From positions 62,001 through 126,000 of the forward strand of contig NZ_SMNA01000008.1 in NCBI RefSeq assembly GCF_004353825.1: a stretch of 64,000 nucleotides of DNA, in the 5' to 3' direction. A program made the translations under genes and the position numbers. The notes beneath the pieces are model-generated. The model was given only the letters and a program-made list of their open reading frames with translations, was not told where the DNA came from and made no database searches. Source of the DNA: Occultella glacieicola (GTDB lineage: Bacteria > Actinomycetota > Actinomycetes > Actinomycetales > Beutenbergiaceae). Below, piece after piece: positions 1 through 9,526 of the stretch (within the stretch, counting starts at the first letter, position 1; each line of letters opens with the position of its first letter).

Positions 1-1
1 A

Positions 2-103
2 TTCACTCCGGACCAGCTCGAGACGATCGCCGAGTGGGTGCGGCTCACCAGCGCGGCGGTGCGCGGCCAGGCCGCAGCGATCGCGGCCCGTCGCGAGGCG
101 TAG
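2..103 (+). CDS. 3' end of a gene truncated by the window edge (possibly a MarR-like regulator)
   Basis: Frame 2 reads FTPDQLETIAEWVRLTSAAVRGQAAAIAARREA* with typical high-GC codon use and resembles a MarR C-terminal helix. Confidence 0.35.
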   Translation, partial: FTPDQLETIAEWVRLTSAAVRGQAAAIAARREA

Positions 104-312
104 GCCGCGGCTCGCCGAGGGTGCGATCCTGCGGCTGAACCAGCCCATGAGCCGCACGATCGCCCCTTCGCCGGCGGACGCACCGGACGAGGGTGTCGTC
201 GTGCGGGCCAGAGCGGTGATGGGCCGCGGAACGGCACGGTCGCGCGCGGTGGTCCGATCGGGGCTGCCCACCGCGCCGGGCCGGACTAGGCTGCCCAGAG
301 CGGGAGGTCCTC

Positions 313-1062
313 ATGGCAGAGCCGACCATCATCCACTCGGTCGTCCGAGCGCTGCGACTGCTGAACGAGGTCGCCGAGTCGGCGGTGCCCGTCACCGCCA
401 AGCAGTTGGCGAGCCGCACCGGCACACCGTTGCCGACCGTCTACCACCTGCTCCGCACCCTCGTGCACGAGGACTACCTGACCCGGACCGCGCAGGGATA
501 CCTGATCGGCGACCACGTCGACCGGCTTCGAGGGGCGACGGTCGGCGGGCTGCGCACCGATCGGGCCCACGAGATCCTCAGCTCGCTGCACGCCGACCTG
601 GGCGCCGCGGCCTATCTGTCCGTGCTGGTGGACGGGGAGATCCAACTGCGGGACATCGTGGACAGCCCGGGTGCTCCGCGGGCGGACCTGTGGGTCGGCT
701 TCCACGACGCCGCCCACGCCACCGCCCTCGGCAAGGCGGTGCTCTCGGCCCTGCCCGACGACGCCCGCCGGGACTACCTCGAGACCCACTCCCTCGAGGA
801 CCTGACGCCGCGGACGCTGACGGACCGGCGGGCACTGCTGCGCCAACTCGGCACCCAGGCGCGGTTCCGACTGGACCGCGAGGAGTACTCGCTGGGCACG
901 GTCTGCATCGCCGCCCCGGTGCCCTCGGAACAGACGGTCGCGGCCGTCGCGGTCTCCGTCCCCGCGCACCGCGGCGCCGAGGTCCTCGCCCGCGCCGTAC
1001 GGCTGACCCGCGCCGCCACCCTGATCGCACTGAGCTCCGACGAGGGCGCTATCACCATCTGA
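313..1062 (+). CDS. IclR-family transcriptional regulator
   Basis: N-terminal HTH SVVRALRLL...PLPTVYHLLRTL; C-terminal AHATALGKA and DREEYSLGTVCIAAP; RBS GGGAGG. Confidence 0.92.
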   Translation: MAEPTIIHSVVRALRLLNEVAESAVPVTAKQLASRTGTPLPTVYHLLRTLVHEDYLTRTAQGYLIGDHVDRLRGATVGGLRTDRAHEILSSLHADLGAAAYLSVLVDGEIQLRDIVDSPGAPRADLWVGFHDAAHATALGKAVLSALPDDARRDYLETHSLEDLTPRTLTDRRALLRQLGTQARFRLDREEYSLGTVCIAAPVPSEQTVAAVAVSVPAHRGAEVLARAVRLTRAATLIALSSDEGAITI

Positions 1063-1102
1063 AATAACGCCCGTTGCCGCCGTGCTCGCGCCGGGTGAGG
1101 CT
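1050..1102 (+). promoter_or_regulatory. Putative IclR operator plus sigmaA-type promoter of the dehydrogenase operon
   Basis: Imperfect palindrome TATCA-CCATC-TGAAA (1050-1064); TTGCCG (1074-1079)-N17-GAGGCT (1097-1102). Confidence 0.4.
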
Positions 1103-1142
1103 GGAGCTGTCGAGGGGACCGACCAGCCAACGGAGGCATGAC

Positions 1143-2168
1143 ATGTCGACGACCACACCCGCACCATCGGTGCAGGGACTCGAGCCTGAGGTCCGGCTCG
1201 GTCTGTACTCCTCGATGGTGCTCGTGCGCACGTTCGAGGAGGCGATCCTGCGGGAGTACCACGCGGACAAGGGTCCGGGCTTCGACATCGGCAAGGGCCT
1301 GGTCCCGGGCGAGATGCACCTGGCGGCCGGGGAGGAGCCCGTCTCCGCCGGGGTCTGCGCCCACCTCACCGCGAACGACGCGGTCACCGCCACCCACCGC
1401 CCGCACCACTTCGCCATCGCCCACGGCATGGCGCTGCGCCCCATGGCTGCGGAGATCTTCGGCCGGACCTCCGGGCTCGGCCGAGGACGCGGTGGGCACA
1501 TGCACCTGTTCGACCCGGACACCCATTTCTCCTGCTCCGGGATCATCGCCGAGGGCTACCCGCCGGCGCTCGGCATGGCGTTCGCGTTCACTCGACGGGG
1601 CAGCGACGCGATCGCCGTCGCCGTGACCGGGGAGGGTGCGGCGAACCAGGGCGCGTTCCACGAGTCGCTCAACCTCGCGGCGCTCTGGAACCTGCCGGTC
1701 GTGTTCGTCGTCGAGGACAACGACTGGGGCATCTCGGTACCCCGGTCGGCGTCCACGTCGATCCCGAACAACGCCGACCGGGCCGCCGCCTACGGCATCC
1801 CCGGCCACCGGGTCGAGGGCAACGACGTCGACGACGTCCACGAGGTGGCCGGCCGGGCGGTCGCACGCGCCCGAGCGGGGGAGGGGCCGAGCCTGATCGA
1901 GGTGCACACGGTCCGGATGTGGGGCCACTTCGAGGGCGACGCCCAGGGCTACCGGCCCGATCTTGCCGAGGTCGGCGACCGTGACCCGATCCCCGCCTAC
2001 GAGGATCGGCTCCGGTCCGCGGGCGTCCTGGACGACGAGCAGATCGCCCGGATCCGTGCCGACGCCACCGAACGCGTCGAGGACGCCATCACGTTCGCCA
2101 AGGGCAGCCCGGAGCCGGACCCGGCCGAGGCTGGGATGTACGTGTTCGCCGAGGAGGCGCAGTCATGA
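1143..2168 (+). CDS. Thiamine diphosphate-dependent dehydrogenase E1 alpha subunit (acetoin/2-oxoacid dehydrogenase type)
   Basis: THRPHH, GRGGHMH, TPP motif GEGAANQG...EDN, RMWGHFEGD; ATG after GGAGG. Confidence 0.92.
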   Translation: MSTTTPAPSVQGLEPEVRLGLYSSMVLVRTFEEAILREYHADKGPGFDIGKGLVPGEMHLAAGEEPVSAGVCAHLTANDAVTATHRPHHFAIAHGMALRPMAAEIFGRTSGLGRGRGGHMHLFDPDTHFSCSGIIAEGYPPALGMAFAFTRRGSDAIAVAVTGEGAANQGAFHESLNLAALWNLPVVFVVEDNDWGISVPRSASTSIPNNADRAAAYGIPGHRVEGNDVDDVHEVAGRAVARARAGEGPSLIEVHTVRMWGHFEGDAQGYRPDLAEVGDRDPIPAYEDRLRSAGVLDDEQIARIRADATERVEDAITFAKGSPEPDPAEAGMYVFAEEAQS

Positions 2169-3205
2169 CGCTCACCGACACCCCACCGGCATCCCGGGCG
2201 CAGGCCGGCCGGCGGCTGAGCACGTCCAAGGCCATGGTCGAGGCGATCGCGCAGGAGATGGAGCGCGACGAGTCCGTGTTCTACCTCGGGGAGGACGTCG
2301 CTGCCTACGGCGGCATCTTCTCCTCGACGACCGGCCTGTTGGAGCAGTTCGGTCCGAAGCGGATCATCGACACCCCGATCTCCGAGACGGGCTTCATCGG
2401 CCTCGCCGTCGGCGCCGCCACCGAGGGCATGCGACCGATCGCCGAACTCATGTTCGCCGACTTCATGGGCGTCTGCCTGGACCAGATCTACAACCACATG
2501 GCCAAGATCCACTACTTCTCCGGCGGCCGGGTGAAGGTACCGATGGTGCTCACCACGGCCGTGGGTGGTGGCTACTCCGACGGCGGCCAGCACTCCCAGA
2601 CGCTCTGGGGCACGTTCGCCCACCTGCCCGGGATGAAGGTCGTGGTGCCGTCGAACCCGGCGGACGCGAAGGGCCTGATGACCTCCGCCATCCGCGACGA
2701 CTCGCCGGTGGTGTACATGTTCCACAAGGGCATCATGGGCCTGCCCTGGATGGCCAAGAACCGCCGGTCCATCGACCTGGTCCCGGAGGGGGAGCACGTC
2801 GTTCCGATCGGGAAGGCGGCCATCGCCCGGGCCGGATCCGATGTCACCGTGGTCACCCTCTCGCTGTCCGTCCACCACGCCTTGGACGTGGCGGACACGC
2901 TCGCCGGCGAGGGGATCGACGTGGAGGTCCTCGACCTGCGCTCGCTGGTGCCGCTGGACCGGGAGGCGATCCTGGCCTCCGTGGCCAAGACCCGCCGGCT
3001 CGTCGTGGTCGACGAGGACTACCTCTCCTTCGGGCTGTCCGGGGAGGTCGTCGCCTCCGTGGTCGAGTCCGATCCGTCGCTGCTCACCGCGGTGCGGCGG
3101 GTCGCACTTCCGGACGTGCCGATCCCGTACGCCCGCTCCCTCGAGTACGCCGTCCTGCCCCGCCACGACCGCATCGAGGGCGCCATCCGGGGCGTGCTCG
3201 CATGA
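2165..3205 (+). CDS. Dehydrogenase E1 beta subunit
   Basis: LGEDV, DTPISE, GMRPIAELMFADF, QHSQ, DLRSLVPLD; ATGA overlap with the alpha gene. Confidence 0.93.
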   Translation: MTLTDTPPASRAQAGRRLSTSKAMVEAIAQEMERDESVFYLGEDVAAYGGIFSSTTGLLEQFGPKRIIDTPISETGFIGLAVGAATEGMRPIAELMFADFMGVCLDQIYNHMAKIHYFSGGRVKVPMVLTTAVGGGYSDGGQHSQTLWGTFAHLPGMKVVVPSNPADAKGLMTSAIRDDSPVVYMFHKGIMGLPWMAKNRRSIDLVPEGEHVVPIGKAAIARAGSDVTVVTLSLSVHHALDVADTLAGEGIDVEVLDLRSLVPLDREAILASVAKTRRLVVVDEDYLSFGLSGEVVASVVESDPSLLTAVRRVALPDVPIPYARSLEYAVLPRHDRIEGAIRGVLA

Positions 3206-3435
3206 CCGACGTCGTCTTCCCCGTCCTGGACCGGACCACACCCGAGACCGAGGGGGTCCTGGCCACCTGGTTCGTCGCCGACGGCGAGACCGTGGCCGCC
3301 GACCAGCTGCTCGGTGAGGTCCAGGTGGACAAGGTCGACGCCGAGGTGACCGCTCCCGTCGCGGGCACCGTGCACCTACTCGTGTCCGAGGACGACGCCG
3401 TCGTCCAGGGCGCGCCGATCGCGCGCATCGAGTAG
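3202..3435 (+). CDS. Stand-alone lipoyl (biotin/lipoyl attachment) domain protein, 77 aa
   Basis: MTDVVFP...WFVADGETV...EVQVDKVDAEVTAPVAGTV with the lipoyl lysine in DKV; ATGA overlap with E1 beta. Confidence 0.88.
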   Translation: MTDVVFPVLDRTTPETEGVLATWFVADGETVAADQLLGEVQVDKVDAEVTAPVAGTVHLLVSEDDAVVQGAPIARIE

Positions 3436-3443
3436 GCAGGAAC

Positions 3444-3485
3444 CACGGGGCGCCGGGAATCCACCCAAGGACCCGGCGCCCCGTG
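3444..3485 (+). terminator. GC-rich hairpin terminator closing the E1-lipoyl operon
   Basis: CACGGGGCGCCGGG...CCCGGCGCCCCGTG, 14-bp inverted repeat. Confidence 0.7.
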
Positions 3486-3603
3486 TTCGTCCGCGCACGC
3501 CCGACGGCGCAGGTACGCCGGGCGGGCCGCTCGCCGTGGGTGAGGGGGCCCGGCCGGGCAAAAGCGTTGCCGTCACCGTCCGCGGGCCCCTACCGTGCGG
3601 CGG

Positions 3604-4161
3604 GTGGAACAGAGGACACCGACCGAGATCCGTCGCGAGCAACCGGGGGAGCGGGACGCCGTCGGGCAGGTGATCCGCGCCGCCTTCGGCACCGACGGTG
3701 AACAGGTCGCCGCGCTCGAGGCCGCGCTGCGCGCCGACCGGTGCGGTCGTGACGGGTGCTCCCTCGTCGCGGACACCGGCGACGGCGTCGTCGGGCAGGT
3801 CCTGATCACCCGGTCCTGGCTGGACGCGCCGCGCGAACTCGTGGAGGTGGGTGTGCTCAGCCCGCTCGCGGTGGCGCCGGACCACCAGCGCCGTGCCATC
3901 GGGGCGGCCCTCGTCCGCTCGGCGCTCGCCGCCGCGGCCGACCTCGGGCTGCCCGCCGTCTTCCTCGAAGGGGACCCGGGGTACTACCCCCGGCTCGGGT
4001 TCGTGCCCGGCGGCACGCGCGGTTTCACGGCGCCGTCGGTGCGAATCCCACCGGCCGCGTTCCAGGTGGTGACGTTGCCCGCGCATCGGGACTGGATGAC
4101 CGGGGCGCTGGTGTACGCGGACGTGTTCTGGGAGCTGGACTGCGTGGGACTGCGCGGCTGA
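3604..4161 (+). CDS. GNAT N-acetyltransferase (YhbS-like), probably leaderless
   Basis: LSPLAVAPDHQRRAIG, FLEGDPGYYPRLGF; GTG 7 nt after -10 TACCGT. Confidence 0.85.
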   Translation: MEQRTPTEIRREQPGERDAVGQVIRAAFGTDGEQVAALEAALRADRCGRDGCSLVADTGDGVVGQVLITRSWLDAPRELVEVGVLSPLAVAPDHQRRAIGAALVRSALAAAADLGLPAVFLEGDPGYYPRLGFVPGGTRGFTAPSVRIPPAAFQVVTLPAHRDWMTGALVYADVFWELDCVGLRG

Positions 4162-4166
4162 GGACC

Positions 4167-6212
4167 TCAGCCCGGCCAGTTCGCCACGAGGTGCTCGGCG
4201 ACCCGGAAGGCGTTCGCCATGATCGTCAGCGTCGGGTTCACCGACCCGTTCGTCGGGTGCAGCGAGGAGTCGCACACGACCACCCGACGCGCCCCGTGCA
4301 GGCGACCGTAGGGGTCGGTGGCGGAGTTCTCCGGCGAGGTGCCCATCCGCGCCGTGCCGCACGAGTGCTCGCCCGCGGCCGAGGCCGTCGCCGTCCCGAC
4401 GAGGCGGCGCACGTCCGCGGCGCCGGCCGCCCTCAGCCAGACGGCACCCTCGCGGGCCATGCCGTCGTCGACCTGGAGGGAGGCCGGGTGCACGTCCTTG
4501 CGCAGCATCGCGCCGGGACGGCCCCACCGGTCCCGGACCCGCGGGCTCAGACCCACCCGGGACGTCCCGACCGGGATCTCCTGGCCCATCCCGAACACCC
4601 CGAACACGTGCGCCCGGCCGGTGCGCATCCACTCCTTGTGGCCGGCGCCCCACCCGGGCACCCCCGGTGCGGGCGCGCCGGCGGAGGTCAGCGGCAGCAG
4701 GCTCATCAGGTCCACGAGGACCCCGCCGCCCCAGGGCACCGTGGCGGCGTGCACATGATCGAGGGTGGCGATGCTGTGGCCCGGCCCCACGTACGGCTTC
4801 ACCGGGTCATCGACGGTGCCGAGGATGCTGACGAACCGGTGGTCGTGCAGATGGCGGCCGAGGTGGTCGTTGCCGAGGCCGGAGGCGAGGAGCAGACGTG
4901 GCGTCTCCACCGCACCGGCGGCGACGACCACCACGTCCGCGGCCACCTCGAGGGCGACCGGTTCCGGTCCGGAGGCGCCGACCATGACCGTGACGCCGGC
5001 GGCGCCGTGGTCGTCGCGGACCTCGATCACCTCCGCGTCCTGGAGCAGGTCGCACCGGCCGGTGGCGAGGGCCGCCGGGATGACCGTGTTGTGGGCGCCG
5101 TTCTTGGCGTCGACCGGGCAGGCGTGGCCCACGCACTGCGCACACCGCACGCACGCCGACCGGCCCGCGTGCGGGACGCTGTTCAGGGCCAGCGGGATCG
5201 GACCCCAGCCCCAGCCGAGGTCCTCGGCCGCCCGGGCGAGCAGCTCGCGGGCCGGCTCGGTGCCCATCGCCGGCATCGGGTAGCCACCCGAGCGTGGTGT
5301 GCGCGCGGTGAGCGCGCCCTCGGCGCCGGCCACGCCGAGCTCCGCCTCCGCCCGGGTGTAGTAGGGCTCCATCTGCTCGTAGTCGACCGGCCAGTCCACC
5401 AGGCTGGCGCCGTCGGGATTGCCGTAGACCTCCCGCATCCGGAAGTCCTCGGGCAGGAACCGCCACGCCATCCCCTGCCAGACCCGGGTGCCGCCGCCGA
5501 GGACGTCGGCGTTGAGACCGTACAGGCCGGCATCGGTCGCCACGTCCACCACGACCGGGCCGTCTGAACTGTTCGCGGTGTCGAGCTCGCGCGGGTACCC
5601 CGGGCCGGGCCCGACCGTGGGGGAGTACACGGCGTTGCGTTTGCCGCGCAGGTGGTCGCCGCGCAATTCGGCGTTCGAGCGGGCCGGTGCCCGCTCGACG
5701 AGCAGCACGTGCCGCCCGGCGGCGGCGAGCACGCGCGCGGCGGTACCACCGCCCGGGCCGCTGCCGACCACGATGGCGTCGTACCGCCGTCGTACCTGCC
5801 CGACATCGACCGAGCCGAGCGGCTCGGGCTCGACCGGGACCACCCCCGGCGGCACCGGCGCGAAGCCGACCATGGCCAGACCGGCAGGGGAGTGGCCGGC
5901 ACTCGCCGCGTAGTACCCCTCCCAGCACAGCCGCCGGAGCAGTTCGAAGCCGGGCCCGAGGGTCGGGTCGGCCTGCGCGGCCCGCAGGCCCTCGTCCTGC
6001 GCCGCCGGCGCCAGTGCCCCGAATCCGGCGGCGCCGTGGGCTCGCGCCCACACGTCCAGGCCCGCGGCGAGATCGGCCAGGACCGCCCGCGCCGGCTCCC
6101 CGACGAGCGGCGACTCCAGGTGCCGGCGGACACCACCGGCCCAGCCACCCGGCCAGCCGTCGGCCGGAATCACCCGGTCGACGGCCGTCCGGAGGGTGTC
6201 ATTTCCCGGCAA
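4167..6212 (-). CDS. GMC-family FAD oxidoreductase with an N-terminal gluconate-2-dehydrogenase subunit-3-like domain (start uncertain, 6212-6230)
   Basis: FAD motif DAIVVGSGPGG, CVRCAQC...CP cysteine motif, HSCGTARMG and NPTLTIMA; N-terminal DRVIPADGWPG...EGYY domain. Confidence 0.85.
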   Translation of the reverse strand: MPGNDTLRTAVDRVIPADGWPGGWAGGVRRHLESPLVGEPARAVLADLAAGLDVWARAHGAAGFGALAPAAQDEGLRAAQADPTLGPGFELLRRLCWEGYYAASAGHSPAGLAMVGFAPVPPGVVPVEPEPLGSVDVGQVRRRYDAIVVGSGPGGGTAARVLAAAGRHVLLVERAPARSNAELRGDHLRGKRNAVYSPTVGPGPGYPRELDTANSSDGPVVVDVATDAGLYGLNADVLGGGTRVWQGMAWRFLPEDFRMREVYGNPDGASLVDWPVDYEQMEPYYTRAEAELGVAGAEGALTARTPRSGGYPMPAMGTEPARELLARAAEDLGWGWGPIPLALNSVPHAGRSACVRCAQCVGHACPVDAKNGAHNTVIPAALATGRCDLLQDAEVIEVRDDHGAAGVTVMVGASGPEPVALEVAADVVVVAAGAVETPRLLLASGLGNDHLGRHLHDHRFVSILGTVDDPVKPYVGPGHSIATLDHVHAATVPWGGGVLVDLMSLLPLTSAGAPAPGVPGWGAGHKEWMRTGRAHVFGVFGMGQEIPVGTSRVGLSPRVRDRWGRPGAMLRKDVHPASLQVDDGMAREGAVWLRAAGAADVRRLVGTATASAAGEHSCGTARMGTSPENSATDPYGRLHGARRVVVCDSSLHPTNGSVNPTLTIMANAFRVAEHLVANWPG

Positions 6213-7074
6213 GCGAGCCCCCGATCCCACCGACGCTGAAGTACTTGTTCAGCACCCCGAACACGATGATCGGCGGCAGCATCATGACGACGGCGACCGC
6301 CATGACCAGACCCCAGTTCGTCGAGTTCTGCTGGAAGAACGTCTGCACCCCGATCGGGAGGGTGTAGTTGTAGTCCGACCGCAAGAACACCGTGGCGATC
6401 AGGTAGTCGTTCCAGCTCAGCAGGAACGCGAAGATCGCCGTCGACAGCACCCCGGGCAGGGAGTTGCGGAGCACGATCCGGACGAACCCGCCGAACACGC
6501 TCACCCCGTCCATCCAGCCGGCCTCCTCCAGGCTGATCGGGATCGAGTCGTAGTAGGCCGCCATCATCCAGATGGCCACCGACATCGTGGAGCCGACGTA
6601 GACGATGGTCACCCCGGTCAGGCTGTCCACCAGGTTGAGCCGTGCGAACAGGATGAACAGCGGGATCACCGCGGTCACGATCGGCAGGGACTGGATGATG
6701 AACAGCAGCAGCGAGTAGCCCGAGACCAGTTTGTTCCGGCCGCGGGACAGCACGTAGCCTGCTGGTGCGGCCACGGCCACCGCGATCGCGACCGTGATCA
6801 GCGTGACAACGAGGCTGTTCTGCAGCCAGAGCAGCACGTTCGTGCCGGCGAAGACGTTCGCGAAGTTCTCGAACGTGAACGGAGCCGTGACCGCGCTGCC
6901 CAGGGCGGGCTGGAGGGACAGGTACAGCACGGCGACGATCGGGACGATCGTGATGGCGGTAACCACGAGCAGCACCGTGAACCGCCACCAGCGTCCCCGC
7001 AGCTCGGCCTCGGTCGCGATCGGACGGCGAGCCGCCGCCCTCGGGGAGGTACGGGACAGGGTCGCGGCGCTCAT
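6199..7074 (-). CDS. Carbohydrate ABC transporter permease
   Basis: EAA loop LEEAGWMDG, SWNDY, multiple TM segments. Confidence 0.92.
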   Translation of the reverse strand: MSAATLSRTSPRAAARRPIATEAELRGRWWRFTVLLVVTAITIVPIVAVLYLSLQPALGSAVTAPFTFENFANVFAGTNVLLWLQNSLVVTLITVAIAVAVAAPAGYVLSRGRNKLVSGYSLLLFIIQSLPIVTAVIPLFILFARLNLVDSLTGVTIVYVGSTMSVAIWMMAAYYDSIPISLEEAGWMDGVSVFGGFVRIVLRNSLPGVLSTAIFAFLLSWNDYLIATVFLRSDYNYTLPIGVQTFFQQNSTNWGLVMAVAVVMMLPPIIVFGVLNKYFSVGGIGGSLAGK

Positions 7075-8033
7075 TCGATGTCCACCTTTCGGACGCGGCG
7101 GTACAGGATGACCGAGATCACCACGAGCACGACCGTCATCAGGAACGCGATCGCGACGCCGGGCCCGGTCTCGAAGTCCAGGAACACGGTGCGGTAGGCC
7201 TGAACCACCAGGGTCTGGGTGGCGTTCACCGGGCCACCGCCGGTCAGCAGGAACACGGTCGGGAAGTCGTTGACGCAGAAGATCGTCATCAGGATCCAGC
7301 TGATGTAGGTCGACTTCGCCGTCAGCGGCAGGGTCATCGTGCGCAGCAGCTGGGTGCCGCTGGCCCCGTCCACCCGGGCCGCCTCGTAGACGTTCTGGTC
7401 CACGGAGGCCAGGGCCGCGCCCATCATCATCATCATGAACGGGAAGCTGATCCAGACCTTGAAGATGCAGACCGTGATCTGAGCCAGCAGCGGGTTCGCC
7501 AGGAACAGCACCCGCCCGAAGCCGAGCGCGTCGGCGAGGATCGGCAGCGGACTCTGCGGGGTGGCCACGAGCCAGTTCCAGGACGTCGCCGAGACCACCA
7601 CCGGCACCACCCAGGGCAGCAACAGGAGCACCTTGAAGACGCCCCCGGCCGGGATCCGGTGGCGCAGCAACAGCGCCAGTCCCATCCCCATCGCCCAGCT
7701 TCCGAACACCCCGACGAGGGTGAACACCAGGGTGAACCGGGCCGCCTGCCAGAACACCGGGTCGGTCAGCACGGCCTCGTAGTTGGCCAGACCGACGAAG
7801 TCACCGGCGGCGATCAGGTCCCCGTCCCGCACGGACTGGACGCCCGCGTAGAGCACCGGGTAGGCGTTCAGCAGCAGGACCAGGAGGATCGAGGGCAGGA
7901 CCAGGGCGAGCATGGTCACATTGCGTGGGCTCAGGACGCGCTTGGGGCGCGCATCCGGCGGGCGGCCGGCGCCGCCGACGCCGAGTCCCGAGCGCGCGCG
8001 GCGCAAGGACTGCGCCACGGAATCGGTTGACAT
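7071..8033 (-). CDS. Carbohydrate ABC transporter permease
   Basis: FVGLANY, YEAARVDGAS, LTGGGP. Confidence 0.92.
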   Translation of the reverse strand: MSTDSVAQSLRRARSGLGVGGAGRPPDARPKRVLSPRNVTMLALVLPSILLVLLLNAYPVLYAGVQSVRDGDLIAAGDFVGLANYEAVLTDPVFWQAARFTLVFTLVGVFGSWAMGMGLALLLRHRIPAGGVFKVLLLLPWVVPVVVSATSWNWLVATPQSPLPILADALGFGRVLFLANPLLAQITVCIFKVWISFPFMMMMMGAALASVDQNVYEAARVDGASGTQLLRTMTLPLTAKSTYISWILMTIFCVNDFPTVFLLTGGGPVNATQTLVVQAYRTVFLDFETGPGVAIAFLMTVVLVVISVILYRRVRKVDIE

Positions 8034-8120
8034 GCAACTCCTTCGTTGACAGGTGCGGTGGGCGGTGCGTTCCGGAGTGGGCCGCGTCGGCGGTGCGGCG
8101 CCGCCGCGGCCCCGAGCGGC

Positions 8121-9434
8121 TCAGCCCTCGAGGGCCTGCTGCAGCGTGGTCAGCGCCTCCTCGGCGGTCGCCGCACCGGACAGGATCGTCTGGGTGAAGG
8201 TGCCCATGGCGGGGGTGCCGTCGACGTCGGTGACGCCGAGGAACAGCGCGTCCGAACCGGGCGCACCCCAGGTCCGTGAGATCGGCTGCCACTCCTCGAT
8301 GATCTTGACCGCGTTCGCGTCGGACTGGAACTCCGGGGTCTCGGCGATCGACCGGAGCGGCGGCAGCCCGATCCCGGTGTGCTCGGTCCAGAGCGGCGCC
8401 ATGTTCTGGTAGTAGTAGGTCAGGAAGGCCTCCGAGCCCTCCTGGCTCGGGGTGTTCGTGTACATCATGATGTTGTTCGGGAAGTAGAGGGCGCCCTGGT
8501 CGCCGTGCGGGCCCACGAGCGGGCTGTTCACGGTCAGTTCCGCGGCGACGTCTCCGCCCACGTTGGCGGCGAGCCCGGCGCCGTCCCAGCCCATCCCGAA
8601 CCGGCGGTCCTTCCACTGGGTCTGCACGTTGTCGCTGGTGTAGGTGACCGAGCCCGGGTCCACGTAGCCCTTGGCCACCATCTCGAGGACGAACTCCATC
8701 GCCTCGATGTTGGCGTCGGTGACGCAGTCCGGCTCCTGGTCGGCGTTGAACAGGCCGCCACCGTTGTTGATCATGAAGCTGGTCATGATGTGGCTGCCGG
8801 TGAAGCTCCCCGAGCCGGCACCCACCCCGAAGCTGTAGACGCCGATTCCCTTGAGGGCTTCGCTCACCTCCAGGTAGCTCGGCCAGTCCGTGGGCGGCTC
8901 GACACCCGCCTGGTCGAGCAGCGTGGTGTTGTACCACATCACCCGCATGTCCAGGTTGTAGGGGACGGCGGCGTACCCGCCCTCGACCTTCATCGCATCG
9001 ATCAGGCCGGGCAGGAAGTCGTCGTACAGCCCGTTGGACTTCCAGCTCTCGAGGAGGTCGTCTGCGTAGGCGATCTTGCCCTGTGACTCGAACAGGAACG
9101 CCTGGGTGCCACCGCCGGAACTGACCGCGGGCCCGGTGTTGGAGGCGACGGCCGAGGAGAACGTCTGGGTGAAGTTCGCCCACTGGATCTCCTGGTAGAC
9201 GGCGGCGGGCAGGTCACCCTCGGGCGCGTACGCCTCGGTGATCTCCTTGTCGCGCGGGTTGAACTCGGTGCCACCCCATGGCATGTTCCAGAACTTGAGG
9301 GTGTCGCCACCGCCGCCACCACCGCCGGAACCGCCGCCGGAGCAGGCGGCGAGGGCACCGGCCGCGGCCGTGCCGCCGGCGACGCCGAGGAATCCGCGGC
9401 GGCTCAGGGCCGCCTTCGAAGCACGCATTGACAT
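8121..9434 (-). CDS. Carbohydrate ABC substrate-binding lipoprotein with Tat signal
   Basis: SRRGFLG twin-arginine motif, lipobox LAAC, AVPYNLDMRVMWYN; RBS AAAGGA. Confidence 0.9.
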   Translation of the reverse strand: MSMRASKAALSRRGFLGVAGGTAAAGALAACSGGGSGGGGGGGDTLKFWNMPWGGTEFNPRDKEITEAYAPEGDLPAAVYQEIQWANFTQTFSSAVASNTGPAVSSGGGTQAFLFESQGKIAYADDLLESWKSNGLYDDFLPGLIDAMKVEGGYAAVPYNLDMRVMWYNTTLLDQAGVEPPTDWPSYLEVSEALKGIGVYSFGVGAGSGSFTGSHIMTSFMINNGGGLFNADQEPDCVTDANIEAMEFVLEMVAKGYVDPGSVTYTSDNVQTQWKDRRFGMGWDGAGLAANVGGDVAAELTVNSPLVGPHGDQGALYFPNNIMMYTNTPSQEGSEAFLTYYYQNMAPLWTEHTGIGLPPLRSIAETPEFQSDANAVKIIEEWQPISRTWGAPGSDALFLGVTDVDGTPAMGTFTQTILSGAATAEEALTTLQQALEG

Positions 9435-9526
9435 GTCGGGTCCTTTCTCGCGGCGGCGCCATCGCCTGCCGCCTTGTTCAGCATTGAACTTGCGGACCAC
9501 CCTCCGCCCCGAGGGTGAGTGGCCGT

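Noticed and set aside
1963..3435. 490-aa ORF ending in a lipoyl domain, read as a full E2
   Set aside because: The upstream part is an alternative frame over E1 beta; the real start is the ATG at 3202
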